This document shows positions 1 through 12,587 of a DNA stretch of 64,000 bases, one piece after another. The translations under genes were made by a program, and so were the position numbers. The notes beneath the pieces were generated by a model. The model did not search any database, was not told where the DNA came from, and saw only the letters and a list, made by a program, of their open reading frames with translations. The first letter of the stretch is position 1. Each line of letters opens with the position of its first letter. Source of the DNA: Enoplolaimus lenunculus (taxonomy: Eukaryota); assembly GCA_030248215.1 (NCBI GenBank), contig JASANG010001546.1, forward strand, positions 372,001 through 436,000. The letters are read 5' to 3'.

Positions 1-82
1 AACTGAGTTCTGATATTTCTAACTCAGACTCAGCGATTCAACTCATTCTGAGTTAAAATCAACTCCGTAAAATTTACAGTGT
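1..82. mobile_element. End of a CAC-terminated MITE (AACTCA-rich), related to the copy at 62159-62414
   Basis: ...caactcattctgagttaaaatcaactccgtaaaatttacagtg matches ...caactcattctaagatcaaatcaactcactgaaatttacagtg near 62370-62413. Confidence 0.6.
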
Positions 83-682
83 ATCAGGGGCCAAAACTGT
101 GCCAGGGAAAAAGAGGCTGAGCCAATTTGGTTTCAATGTGACCGCGAGCCTGAGTCACTGACAACAATGGAAATCCCAAAATTTCTAAGAGGGTACCACG
201 CGAAATGCAGGATTTGTGCTGAGCAGAAAAGGGGCTACAAAGGGTGTAACCGCTTGAATCCGTCGATGGTTAGTATAATTTGATGCGGTCGGACACATTT
301 TGATCTTGAAAAACATGGCTGATATTACAGTTCTGCCACAATGTGGTTGAGTTTCATTGTCGCCTGCGTATTGTGTATGAGCGACCGCTTTTCAGCAAGG
401 ACATGTTTAGATGGTTGTTAGCTTCTTTCTTTATTTCATGTGCATTCTTCATCACATATGATAGGCGAATAAGGGTCCAATCGGTATTGCGACAGTTGAT
501 CATCCGATAATTTGTCGACCGACAACTTGTAATCCAAAATTTCATCAACTCGACTATTCGCCACTCATCATTAAGTTTAAGCTTAGGCTTAGGATTTCTT
601 TTAGGATTATGCTTAAATTTATTAGTAGGCTTTAAGTCACTGTTGAGCGGTTTGTTGCCGGGTGACGAATTGTATATTCAAC

Positions 683-757
683 GCTATCGCGTGGTGCACT
701 TGGTTAGCAAATATCTTTGCGCATAAGGCGGTCCAGGTTCAATCCGGTCTAATCCCG
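683..757 (+). repeat. Degenerate tRNA-like Pol III head (SINE or pseudo-tRNA)
   Basis: A-box-like TGGTGCACTTGG and B-box GGTTCAATCC at tRNA-like spacing; stems do not pair well. Confidence 0.4.
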
Positions 758-1138
758 TCGTTTTCAAACAGGGATCGTTATTCATTGCTGTATCTGGCAT
801 TTTGGTTTTATCCCTGTACAACCAGAATAGAATGGTGTAACCAAATACTTGTTCAGGTTTCATTTAAAAACCATGACTAAGTTTTATTTTACTGGTTAGC
901 TTACACACTACATATGCTTAATAACATGGTAAAATGTTGGAAAACAATCCTCGATGATCAACACTTCATTCCGAGTTCGAAAAATTAACCCTTTCACTCA
1001 TAGAGTATACTATAAGCAACTAAAAACAATAATGTACGAGCAATACACACATCGTGAGCAGTGTCTAACATTTATAACATATATGCGCAGTGCGAAATCT
1101 CCACAAGACGTGAGAGCCCCCTCGGGCTCGAGCGTCAA

Positions 1139-1210
1139 GCTCCTATAGCTCAGTGGTCATCGTAAACGCCTCCCACCCGTGAGATTGGAGATCGAATCTT
1201 ACCTTGAAAT
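1139..1210 (+). pseudogene. Degenerate tRNA-Gly-like sequence (pseudo-tRNA or SINE head)
   Basis: A box TAGCTCAGTGG, anticodon-arm-like CGC-CT-CCC-AC-CCG, B-box-like GATCGAATC; acceptor stem is broken. Confidence 0.45.
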
Positions 1211-1742
1211 TACATCTCATATGAAATTGAAAATATTCATGCGAAAAAAGGCTAAAAAAGACGAAAAACATTGCCGAATTGACTCTGGTACAAATTGTAC
1301 TTAGATTTAATTACAGCGACAAATTTGTTGTGCTTAAAATGTGTTTTGCAAGAAATTTCACTTGGTTGATTAAAATATGCTGTATATACGTTTTCAAAGT
1401 TTGATCGCCACACAAGTGTCATACAAGTGATTTGTGACGTATTGAAGTAAGCAAGACCGGATACAGGTATAGGATGGGGAGGTTCACAGGTTGGGATACA
1501 CAGCAAAAACGGAACAAAATTACAAGCAATAATAGATACGGGCAAATAGTATTTGTATCCTGGACACACCAGGAAAAGGGGTCACTCACAGGCACCCAAT
1601 GACCCACCGTCGAATCCGCCCCTTATAATTAAAAGATGTAAATTGTTGTTTCACGACATACGCTATTGGCTTAGGACGGTCGCAATACCTGCGAATAATT
1701 TCTAGAAATATGAATCCTAAAAGGGTGTACCAGGATACAACC

Positions 1743-1890
1743 GGCCCATGTAACTTTAAAGGGCGTCCAGGTTTCTGGTTGGTCTGTAAAACAGTAGGTG
1801 TGGATTTTAGATTACATTTGTTGTTTAGGCTTAGGCTTAGGCTTAGGAATACGCTTAATCTACTGTTACGCCCTAAAAGTAACATTGGCC
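1743..1890 (+). mobile_element. Telomeric-repeat MITE, family B
   Basis: TIRs GGCCCATGTAACTTT / AAAGTAACATTGGCC, internal TTAGGC run, flanks ATACAACC / GTACAACC. Confidence 0.85.
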
Positions 1891-2831
1891 GTACAACCGA
1901 AAGTCTGCCTCATGCACCGATTTGGGTTACAGTATTTGTTCCGGATGCTCCGGGAAAGGTACACGAAAACCATTGTACTGATCGTTAAAGTATGATTGGT
2001 CTCTGGCTCTTGGGGTTTCTCTTACTATTACAATTACGACATAATCGGTTCTTAATCTTCGAATCAGCCTTTGTCGTCGTTAACCTGTTTAAAAATTCAT
2101 GTACTGCTTCATGGCTTGAAATTTTAGATTTTTAATTTGAAATAATTTTTCTTCATTATTTGTAAAATTTATCTGATAAATACACGGTTCGACTTAACGA
2201 AAAAACACTTAAATTAGTCACATTTTTAACCATTTTTCAAGTTTGTCGCCTATGGGACGTACCCACGTGTGAAGTTCTTTACCCGACCTTGGCTTGCTCG
2301 ATGGCTACCCACGTGTAACCTCAATCTATTAAAAAACACTAACCCAGGGTCGTAGCCAGTTCAACTTGCTAAGGGTGGATCAAACAATTGTTGGATGGGC
2401 ATACGGTTAAAATGATACGCTTACTGGCAGGGTTTAAAAGTGTCGGAGGAAGACCTGAGCCCCCATGGATGCCTGTGGCTACGGACCCTAAACTACCATA
2501 AAGTGTGTCATATGCTTAGTGTATGACACTTCCGGCATATCTCACGACTCACAAGTTATCCTGTCTCATAAATTATAAGTTTGTTTTTTATCTCAGTTAA
2601 GCCATATGGTTGTTTCTATATCATAGAATGTAATTCACTAAAAAGCTTTCAAGAAGCTGAAATCATTTGCTGTGAAAACTGTTAAACTAACGATAAATGT
2701 GTGTGATTTCGAGATCTTGGGTGTGGACCCGTAGCTAAGGGGGGTACCGGTAAGGGATGAGCCCCCAAGGTAAAATTTTAACCCCCTAGAAAATTTTAAG
2801 CCTTGATTGTAAGTCAACGAAAACCCTTGCA

Positions 2832-3276
2832 CTGTATTGACCCGAATACGAGGGGGGACTGATATTTATTTGGCCTCTCCAAAGGGAACCTCCCCTTGTT
2901 ATTCGGTTACGGACTGTTATTTATTTTTAACCCACGCTCCGCCGCCCTTCGTTACTGATATATTTCCGGTACTGCCATTATCCGTTGAATTAAACGTTTG
3001 TTTGTGTTGTGTCAATAGCTTGAACAATAATTCAAGGATATACTTAGGAATGTACTTTCAAAACTTCAGTACGCTTAAAAATTTCGAGTTCACCTTTATT
3101 TGCTCCTGGAGGGCATTTATGCGCTACAATTAGGAATAATTGACATTTATGGACTCTTGTTGTTTAGGAACTCTATCTGTTTACGAACTCTTATTATGGA
3201 TACGAACTTTTATTGATTCGGACACAAAATGGGGACCCTCCCTCTTATTACCCCCCTCTTATTCGGGTCAATACAA
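2832..3276 (-). mobile_element. TA-targeting (Tc1/mariner/pogo-like) MITE, family C, nested in a CCCGTAGC-type MITE (~2727-3330)
   Basis: TIR CTGTATTGACCCGAATA; homologous to 6623-6990, 9831-10269 and 54415-54858; uninterrupted host site cccttgTAtgcc occurs near 22810 and 25140. Confidence 0.85.
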
Positions 3277-3373
3277 TATGCCCCTTCTGAAATTTTAGCT
3301 CCCCTCAAGAAAGTGAGCTGCCTACGGGCCTTCTTGGAAATTCTTAAAATGGGGCCGTGTTCTTAGTAACAAA

Positions 3374-3544
3374 TAGCACCTATCACCAGTTGGCAATTGA
3401 TTTCCAAATAAACAATCGCATCTACTTTTAAACTGCCTTCTCGCAGCGGAGGCAGACATCCGTCAGACAGAAGATTCGTAATTTTTGATTCAAAGACTGA
3501 CAGGTAATACAAGAAAACCTATTGCTAACTGGTGATAGTTCCTA
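3374..3544. mobile_element. MITE with TAGCACCTATCACCAGTT inverted ends
   Basis: Inverted ends; relatives at ~17948-18155 and ~21972-22196, which are inverted relative to each other. Confidence 0.6.
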
Positions 3545-3897
3545 CGACCATTCGGGTCCAAAGCATAAATGAACGTATTTATTTCAACGGAGCGAAGCCA
3601 AGATTGAATTTCGTAGGAAAAGGCCAGCGACAGGGTGAGCAAGCGGCCGTAATTGAAATTTCAAGAAAATTCTGAGAGTGGGGTAATATCTGTGTACCCA
3701 TTTATACGTCATGTAGCTGTAAATAATTTTTTGTTTATCTTTAATTCTTTTTTTTATTTATTTTCTTACTTTTTTATGAAGTTGGTTTAAAAATGGTTTT
3801 GCCAGACGAATGTTAAGAGTAAATAAGCAACGCAACATAAATTTGTCATGTTGCATTGTGGTGTGTAAAAACTTTACATTTAAAATTAATTATATAT

Positions 3898-5624
3898 TAT
3901 AGATGGGCACCGGACATCCTGATATCCGGCTAAACGGGTATGAAAAATATTCATATATGTATCCGAATTGAAATATGTATCCGGATATCCGGATATATCC
4001 GGGTATTTGGATATCCGCCACATATCCGAAACGCTATTGTGTAAAATATTTTTGGAATTAAGCTGCATTGTTTAACCACTAAAGTTACTGGAGCTGACGA
4101 AAAGAAATTTTGTATTCAAACCTCAGTCAGAATATTGAACTAATTTCTTGACGATTTTTATGAACAGATTTGTGTTTTTCGGTGTATATTGTTTGTAAAA
4201 TTTAGAGCTGTGTGACTTTGGTCTTTTTCCAAACACAGTTACTGCCAGAAAAGTTTTTTTTCTAATTCAGTATGATATTGAAAACATTTTTTTTGCTACA
4301 TCTTGTTGGATACTGTCGTAAGCTCGGTCCTGCGGTGGATCTTGTGTACGAAAAGTAGTTTAGTGTTCGAATGCTTCGTGGTTTGAGTTTGAGATAAATT
4401 ACAGGTATACTTAAGATGATGCATATCCGGCGCCTTACGTCTCCGTTGGGTACTGTACCGCAAAGCACATAAATTTCTACATGGCATCGCAAAACAGTTC
4501 ATAAACAAATTTTTTTACTTCCGGCGACGTACGTCTCCGGAAGTCGTCGTACGACAAACATTGTGCCGCCCTTATCTATTACTGTGTTTTTCTATCGGAT
4601 ACAAACTTTACTTGATAACTGTTAACACAGATATGTTAGCTGACAGTTGTTCCGTTTACACAATAAGCAGCTGCATTCGTTTGATAGAAACAGCTTCTTA
4701 TTAATAGTCGTGGTGTTTTAATCAAAATAATTCAAAAATTAATAGTAAATTTCTAAGTTCAAAGCCTCCTTAGCGTAATAAACGCAAATCTAAAACAAAA
4801 CTTAAGCGTAAGCCTAAAAAAATTAGCCTAATGTAAAACTACTCTATTGCGGTTAGTGAAAAAGCGAGTAAGCGGACACTAGCGGATTCAGAGGATGGCG
4901 GGTGAGCGTACGCTTTCGCCGTCAGAAATTTTTTAATGATAAAATGGTATGGTTCCTACCGTACAATTCGCTCTCATCAGAACATTTTATGTCAAAAATG
5001 GTAAGGTTCCAACCTGACAAATTTTCTCCCTCAGAAAATTTTTTAGTTAAAAATTGCGTTTCACAACATTTACCAACCAGTTCCCGGTGACAAATTTCTG
5101 GGTCCGCTGCTGAAAGCGAGAAACCACTAAAAGAATTTAACATGGGCTGATGTTTGTACGATTTGACGCAGGTATATTTCAATGTGGTTGTTTCGTCTTG
5201 GAACGTAAAACGACTTATGCATGTATAGTTCGAGGGAAGAGTGACATTCGATAGAATCGGAGACAAACCAAATTAACTCAATTTCAGGTGGCCAACGCAA
5301 ACATTTATTATAGTCAGTATCAATCTTGTAAACTGAATACCCAGCACTATTGAAGCAGTAGCATAATATATAACTATTTTTATAATTGTGTGTGTTACGC
5401 TCATAGCAATCAGCTTCTGGTGTTAGGGTACTTTGTTTGAATCAACTAGTTAAAACAAGTGCTTGAGAAACAAAAATTGAGGTTCGGAAACCCAAAAAAC
5501 GCAAAATCAAATTTCGGATATCCGAAATAAAAAATTTAATCTCAGATATCCGGATGTCCGAACAAATATCCGGCAAGAATTGCCGAATATCCGGATATGA
5601 AAAAATATCCGATGCCCATCGCTA
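3898..5624. mobile_element. Probable 1.7 kb non-autonomous hAT-like element with ATATCCGG subterminal repeats
   Basis: Ends TATAGATGGGCA / TGCCCATCGCTA, ATATCCG repeats at both ends, flanks TTATATAT / TTATATAA. Confidence 0.55.
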
Positions 5625-5715
5625 TTATATAACCAGATGAGACAAAAATCTTTTAATTCTAAGATTCCAGGCGCTAAACCAAGCGCGAGTCTAAGCAAAC
5701 TTAAGGACATCACTG

Positions 5716-6054
5716 CAGTGCCGGAGCAGGCAGGGGTGAGGGCTCCACCAAATTCCAGGGTGAGGGCCCCCGAACTCGCGAGCGAGAAGCCGGACGCATT
5801 TTAAAACTTAAGTGTTTTTTCAACCGGTTATGGTGGGGGCACCTTTAGGGGTGGGGCCTCCCCGCAAATGGAGGTATGGGGGTGGGGCCTCCCCGCAAAT
5901 GGAGGTATGGGGGTGGGGCCTCCTTGCAAATGGAGGTATGGTGGTGGAGCCTCCCCGCAAATGGAGGTATGGGGGTGGGCCCTCCCCGCAAATGGAGGTA
6001 TGGGGGTGGGGCCTCCCAGCAAATGAAGGTATGGGGGTGGCTGCTCCGGTCCTG
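5716..6054. mobile_element. hAT-like MITE containing a 31-bp G-rich minisatellite
   Basis: TIR CAGTGCCGGAGCAG / CTGCTCCGGTCCTG, perfect 8-bp TSD CATCACTG. Confidence 0.85.
5848..6040 (+). repeat. 31-bp tandem repeat GGGGTGGGGCCTCCCCGCAAATGGAGGTATG, about 6 copies
   Basis: GTGGGGCC recurs at 5851, 5882 and 5913. Confidence 0.95.
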
Positions 6055-6622
6055 CATCACTGTTACATTTTGAAAAAAAATTTTCAATTAACAACTCTCA
6101 ATTCCCAGGATAAAACGCAATATATTTTAAGTTTATTATCTATTAATTCTATTCGCACGTGGTTCACAATGGTAACTATTGCGGCTCGCTTTATTGATAT
6201 TTTATTTTACTGCTGAGAATTTAGGTTCATATACCAAAATTGGCTGGCACTAAATTTCTCTGCCAGCAAGTTTTATTGTACTGAACCTGATTTGTTTCGA
6301 TGTGTTAACTCGTTAAACTTGCATTCACACATTATTATTATTATTGAAGAGCACAGGTGTATGTGGTAGGGACATTGCCAACATTTCATTTCGGGACGGA
6401 ATAAACTACGTTCAAATGATTTTTTGAGAGAGAACTATTATACGCTTGAAATATTTGTTAAAAATGTACCCAGTTGCACACTCTTGTTGAAATTTCACAA
6501 GGAACCTAACCAGCGCACGTTGCGTCTTTGACCTGCACCCTTGTTTAGATACAGTTGAATAACTGTCTTAATATTAGATGTTGAAATATTCGAATATTGT
6601 ATTAATTGTTGCTCTTCACATA

Positions 6623-6990
6623 CTGTAGTGACCCGAATAAGAGGGGGATAAGAGGGGGTCCCCATTTTGAGTCCCAATCAATACAAGTCCGTATGTCTAA
6701 TAAGAATCCGTAAGCGGATAGACGTCCTAAGCCCTAATTAGAGTCCAAAACGTTAATTGTCCCTATTTGTAGCGCATAAATGACTCCAGTACCAAATAAA
6801 GTTGAGTTCGAGACTTTAAAGCGTACTTAAGTTTTGAACGTACATTCCTAAGTATAACCTTGCGTTATCTTTGAGGTTTTGATACAAGACAAATAAACGT
6901 TAACTTCAACGGATAGTTGTAATACCGAATATAGATCATTAACAAACGCGGGTTAAAAATAAATAACAGTCCGTAACCGAATAACAGGGG
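6623..6990 (+). mobile_element. Family C MITE, truncated at the 3' end
   Basis: TA + CTGTAGTGACCCGAATAAGAG; body matches 54415-54858. Confidence 0.8.
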
Positions 6991-7833
6991 GTATGGTACA
7001 TGTAGCACCACGAAATATTTATTCAGTTGCACACTGTTGTCAAGAGTCATTATTGACTCTATTTTACACCTAAAATATTTCTCAATTTGCTTAAAATGTA
7101 AACTATTTTAGTTTGTTTTATTCGACCTTAAAAAATCCGTTTGATTGATATATGCAAATTGGAAATATTTTTTAAATTTAAATTATTATTTTTTTGTTGT
7201 TTTGTGTTTTATTTAAATATATTATCCATGATTCCGCCAGTCAGACCGTGGCTGGTTAACGCGTCTAAAGTGCGTTTCCGCCGACATTTTGTTTGTATTT
7301 CCGTAATTATTTTATTTTCCATTCATTTTATATAATTTGATGTCCAAGTTTGTTTTGCGTAGTAAAGATTTTGAAACTTTCGAAACCAACTGTACTTAAA
7401 AGATTTGATTTTTTTTCAAAAAAAGAACTTTCGCATCAAAACTAAATGACTGGCTAAAATCCCCCAAGAGATCAGCAATTTAGCCAAAGTCTCGTGTTTG
7501 TAGTTTGTTCACCAGAGAAATGCAGCACTGGCACAGGAGGATTCTAACGGTGGGGCTGCGGCCAAGCGTAAGGTTTCCAACTGCAAACAAACTGAGTGTT
7601 GTATGAGAACATTTGCAGTTTGTGTTTGGCTTGTCAGTCGAGTTGGCCGCAATCTTGCTTTTTCTCCTGCTAAATATCGCACCCCTGTCTCGTCAAAAAT
7701 TTCTGGATCCGCCACTGATTACTGGCAATGCAAAAGATATGTTGTCCCGTTGGCTAAATTGTCTATAGTTCGACAATTGCTTAACGTGTAACCTATTTAC
7801 CAGTGTTTTAGCCAGGATATCGTTTCAGATGGG

Positions 7834-8063
7834 GGCCAATGTAAAGATCAGGGGCGGAACGTTTTTCTGTGGGACTGCAATAGAATAAGCTTAAGCTTTA
7901 AAGCTAATTTTTTTGCTTGGTTTAGGCTTAGACTTAGGCTTAATCTTAGGAATAAACTCATTTTTGCGAAACTCATTCTTACGCTTAGGCATAGGTTTAG
8001 GCTTAAGCTTAGGCTTATGAATACGCTTATCATACTGTTCCGTCCCTGTTCTTTACATTGGCC
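7834..8063 (+). mobile_element. Telomeric-repeat MITE, family A
   Basis: TIR GGCCAATGTAAAGATCAGGGGCGGAAC / GTTCCGTCCCTGTTCTTTACATTGGCC; internal TTAGGC; flanks CAGATGGG / CGGAAGGG. Confidence 0.85.
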
Positions 8064-8444
8064 CGGAAGGGTATAACTTGAAATAATGGTTTTTACGAAC
8101 AAATTGAACCAGAAAACATTATTGATTTCAGGCCGACAGCTGGTTTATTAATTGTAAAACCTACAAAATTACTTAAACTTGTCACCAGTGAACTTCGGGC
8201 GAATCCATTACATACTTCACGTACCAACGCTAAAACATCTGCCAGACTCAGTCGACCCAGACGAATTAAGCGTTATTCTACGTTTAGAATGAATATTTCG
8301 GATACAACGACCACTCCGTCTAAATGTAGCTGGTTCCGAAGGTATAACCAGGGGTCGCTTTAGGGGTCCAACCGACCCCTTTTAGGTGCTTTATCCTCGG
8401 GATTTTAGGAACTTTTTCAGTTGACAATACAACCCTTAAAGTTT

Positions 8445-8634
8445 GACCCATGTTACTTTAAGGGGCGTCCAGGTTTCTGATGGGTCTATAAAGGAGTAGG
8501 TTTAGATTCTAGGTTGTATTTTTTGCTTAGGCTTACGCTTAGGCTTAAGCGCACATTTTAACAACACTTAGGCTTAGGCTTACGCTTAGGAATACGCTTA
8601 ATCTACTGTTACGCCCCTTAAAGTAACATTGGCC
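8445..8634 (+). mobile_element. Telomeric-repeat MITE, family B
   Basis: Both TIRs present; flanks TAAAGTTT / TAAATTTT. Confidence 0.85.
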
Positions 8635-9830
8635 TAAATTTTTATAGAACGCAACTCCCGTTTCCAAATTCCTGGCATCGTTCGGTACTGGCTCAAGTTG
8701 TCAGTGCAATCACTGAACGCGACTGTTTAATTTTGGCTTAGGGGCCTTTTAGTGAACAGTGAAGGATGTACACCAATTTTTTTCGGTTCCCCACAGACAG
8801 CATGGGACCAACAACAGGACAAAATCACCCTACCAGTTGGCTGACCAAACCACAGTCATTTAACTGACCATAGTTCGGGGGGGGGGGCACATCCGCGGAT
8901 CCAGCAACAAGGACCCCTCTAAGAGGCGCATACATGAAACTGGAAATAATTTCATGAGCGAAGCGATCCAGAAGCTAACCGCAACTTTAGCATAAATTGC
9001 AATATTTTGTAGAAGATGTCGCCGGGGTCGCCTCGCCCCCCCCGTTGTTGCGGAACGTCCGTCGTTTAGACCCCAAATTTGTGTTTGGGTACAAACAAAT
9101 GCCCTGCGACGATTGCTTATAGTGAACCATCGTAATCGTTGGTTTGTTTAGGCTTTTTTTCGCCAGGCTGTCTCCTAAACGAGGTACCAGCTCAACCGAA
9201 TGAATAATGCCACAATGAGACAAAACTGGTTCGCCTTAAATCAAATCAGGTTTTCACTTGTGACAAGTTGAGTTTGCGGTATTTAAGCATTTTGGTTGGT
9301 TGCGCGTAAACGAGTAAAAGTTTGATTATGATTGTTTTTACCAACGGCAGTTTACAGCAATTTTGCAACGGGAAAACCGCGACGACAGGACACATAAAAA
9401 AGGTTCGATCGAACCCATTGCGAAGCCAAACACAATTTGATCCTGAAATGTTAACACAGAATTTTGATTTTAATCGCTGTTGGGGGGGCAAGGTTGCTGT
9501 TATGGGTGGCGTCCCCGTTATATCCAACGGTGGTTTTGACTGTAGACAGTACAGCATTGGTCTGCGAACAAAATTGAAAACAGGGGGGTTGGTTTTGAAA
9601 TAAACGAGTCAAATATTAATCGTTTGTAGCATGAAATTATCAAAATCGTTTAAAAATGATTAAATATAGCAGTTTTGCTACTGATACCGAACATATACTA
9701 AATTGTAATGCGGGCATCCGGACATCCGGGCCCCGTGTTGGCGTGAACCGCGGCCGAAGGCAGGAACAGGTCTGGAGCCAAATTGTTGGTGTTTACTGCT
9801 TTGCTGTTGATTGTTTTGTAGGTATATATA

Positions 9831-10269
9831 CCGTTGTGACCCGAATAAGAGGGGACAGGTAATTAGAGGAAATCCCTATTTGCAGGTCCAATCAATAGGA
9901 GTCCGTATCGCTAATAAGAGTCCGTAAACGGATAGAGTTTCTAAACCTCAATCAGAGTCCATAAATGTCAATTATCCCTAATTGTAGCGCATAAATACCC
10001 TCCAGGAAGCAAATAAAGGGGAACTCGGAATTTTTAAGCGTACTGAAGTTTTGAAAATACATTCCTAAGTATAACCTCGCATTATCGTTCATAGTTTTGA
10101 TGCAAGGTAAAATAAACGTTAAATTCAACGAATAGTTGCAATACCGAATATATATCAATAACAAAGGGCGGGTTTACAATAAATAACAGTCGATAACCGA
10201 ATAACAGGGGGGCACCTTCTGCAGAGGCCGAATAAATATCAGTCGCCCCTCTCATTTGGATCACTACAG
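9831..10269 (+). mobile_element. Family C MITE
   Basis: CCGTTGTGACCCGAATAAGAG ... GGATCACTACAG; full-length similarity to other copies. Confidence 0.85.
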
Positions 10270-10732
10270 TTTCCGACTAGCAGTTATACTTTTACTCATT
10301 CCAAATAGAAAATTTGCAATTGCATTAGTTTGTTTCAATTTTGCTTTTTTGCAATTGAATCCCACTTTGAACGCTGTCAGCCAATATTCCGTCACTGCCA
10401 TAAGGTGAAATTGTTTCGCTTCACTCAAAATTTGTCAATATTTTTGTCTTCGTATTCCACAAAATCGTTATCTCTAAATCTGTGTTGCGATAACTTGAAA
10501 TATTGTCATTTGTGTCACATTAATGCGAGAGTCCTTTACACGATCGCGTGACTGATATCATTAAACTGAAGTCATTTTATCACCCGTCAAAGCTTTAAAT
10601 CGGGGGCTTTTTTTGGTGTCAAAATGTTTTATAAATTTCAAAACAGTGTTTGTCTTATAGCATTTTTTATATGTTTTTAGTTTTCTTTATATATAAACAT
10701 ATATATATAAACATATACATATATATACAAAC

Positions 10733-10905
10733 ATACAGAATCACAAGCCTAAACATTAGGATTAGCCTACGGTAACAGAATCGGAACCGGTAGGTGATTT
10801 AAGGCAAGTAAATATATACATATATATTCGTACAGCATCACAAGCCTAAACATTAACCTAAGCCTACGGTAACGGAATAGGAACCGGTAGGTGATCTAAG
10901 GCGAT
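10733..10905 (+). repeat. Two-copy direct repeat, about 95-bp spacing
   Basis: atcacaagcctaaacatta...agcctacggtaac...gaaccggtaggtgat occurs twice. Confidence 0.8.
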
Positions 10906-10954
10906 TAAATAAGCTTGCATTCTGTAAGTTTTCAACGATAACGTAGGGCATAAT

Positions 10955-11297
10955 GGCTGGGTATCCGAAACCCCACTTAAATACGACTTAGTACTTAAGT
11001 ACAGGCTAAGTGATTTCTTAACAATTTTGCCGTTTTTAAAAGCGTATTTAACTTATGTCAATACTTAAGTCGCTGCCTAAATTTGATGTACTACAAATTA
11101 ACCACTCAGGCATACTAACCTTGGTGAGTTTAATATAAAACAAAAACTATTGGTTCCTTGTCCTGGCAATGGCCGCCGATATTTGGTGTTTCTTTGTTTG
11201 TGGTCGAAAATTTAAATACTTACTTAAGTCGCCGGCTTAAGTAATTACTGAAGCATAACTTACGTAAACACTTAAGTAAGATTTCAGAAACCCAGCC
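10955..11297. mobile_element. MITE with GGCTGGGT TIRs and 3-bp AAT flanks (PIF/Harbinger-related candidate)
   Basis: aat-GGCTGGGTATCCGAAA ... TTTCAGAAACCCAGCC-aat; ACTTAAGT palindromes inside; inverted partial copy at ~27930-28086. Confidence 0.65.
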
Positions 11298-12101
11298 AAT
11301 GAAAGTTAAAATTTAATATTCAGAGTTCACAGTTGTTGCAGCTTGATATTGAAGTATATGTTGCGATAAACAACCGGAAGCTTATATCAGGTGTATTGGA
11401 TGAGTATCCATGGGAATGTTTGGACTGGCTCGAAAAACGCCAGTTTTACAGACAGTAGAATCACCTGCAGGGATCAAACCCATTTTCTCGCTCGCTACAC
11501 TCGATCTTAAAAGCAAATAGACGCAGTCATCTCCTCTCGAAGCAAAGTCGTAGCCGCTGTAAGTAACCGTGACATAAAAGGTTTGATGTAAAAGCGGTTT
11601 CGGTCTGTACCAGTTATTTCAAACCGGCCTATAAACTATTTTAGCGTAGTTGTGAAACTCAAAAAAATCCATAGTTCCCCGAGGCATTTTATACACAAAT
11701 ATCTTCTAAATTCACAGACTGGATCAATCCATGTTCGCACCTTTAGGATCGCCTGACCTAATCCTGGTTAAGTCTACTATACATGCCACCCTAACAAACC
11801 TCTAGAGCTTTAACCAGAATGTAATTTTTGATAAGTTACATTCAAATTTATATTTATTAAAGCTGGAGCGTCCCACATACGTATTCTGAACAACGTTGAA
11901 CAGCTTTTTCTATCTTTTCCAAGTTTTTCGGTCAGTTAAAATTGGGACTTGCTTGGAAACAATCCTGGCAAAACATATAATGTACCAGTAGTCCTGCACG
12001 TTATGAGAGTTGCACATTCGAGCACCTGTGTTGACTAGCAACACGCCATCGAAGCGAACGGAGAAAAATGGTTTGACCTCTTAGCTGATAGTAGTTTATT
12101 A

Positions 12102-12494
12102 CAGGGTTCCAACCGGAACTAAATTTTGTCGGAAGCGGAATCGCGGAATCGGAATTAAGCTTTAGTAATTCTATTCAAAAGTTAAAGGTGTATGACTTTT
12201 AACTTTTGTTGCAGTATGCGTGTTTCCGTTACTGTTCACTGTTTCAGCAAAAATTGTTTATATATCTGACAGAATACACGTAATCAATCGGAATATTTAC
12301 AAAGAAAAAACCAGCAGAATAATTGCAAATGAACGAAACAAAACAAAACAAACAAAATCTAACTTCAATCATCTTAAAAACTCATAACCGAAAAATCACA
12401 ATTCCGGCATCGGCACAGCAGTCAGCCGGAATCGGAATCGGAAGTCAAATTTTGCTGGAATTTTCGCCGGAATCGAAATTCCGATGGAACCCTG
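12102..12494 (+). mobile_element. hAT-like MITE with GGAATC repeats, copy 1
   Basis: CAGGGTTCC ... GGAACCCTG; flanks GTTTATTA / GCTTATTG. Confidence 0.8.
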
Positions 12495-12587
12495 GCTTAT
12501 TGTTAGGCATATCAGTAATTTTTATGGATGCTTGAAAATTTTCAACACGGATATGGGCAACAATTTCAAAGAATCAATAGCACAAGC

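Noticed and set aside
436..564. Minus-strand frame VANSRVDEILDYKLSVDKLSDDQLSQYRLDPYSPIICDEECT* followed by AATAAA
   Set aside because: Looks protein-like, but there is no convincing acceptor, there are stops immediately upstream, and no partner exons were identified
5812..6216. Overlapping Gly/Pro-rich ORFs
   Set aside because: Artefacts of the 31-bp minisatellite inside a MITE
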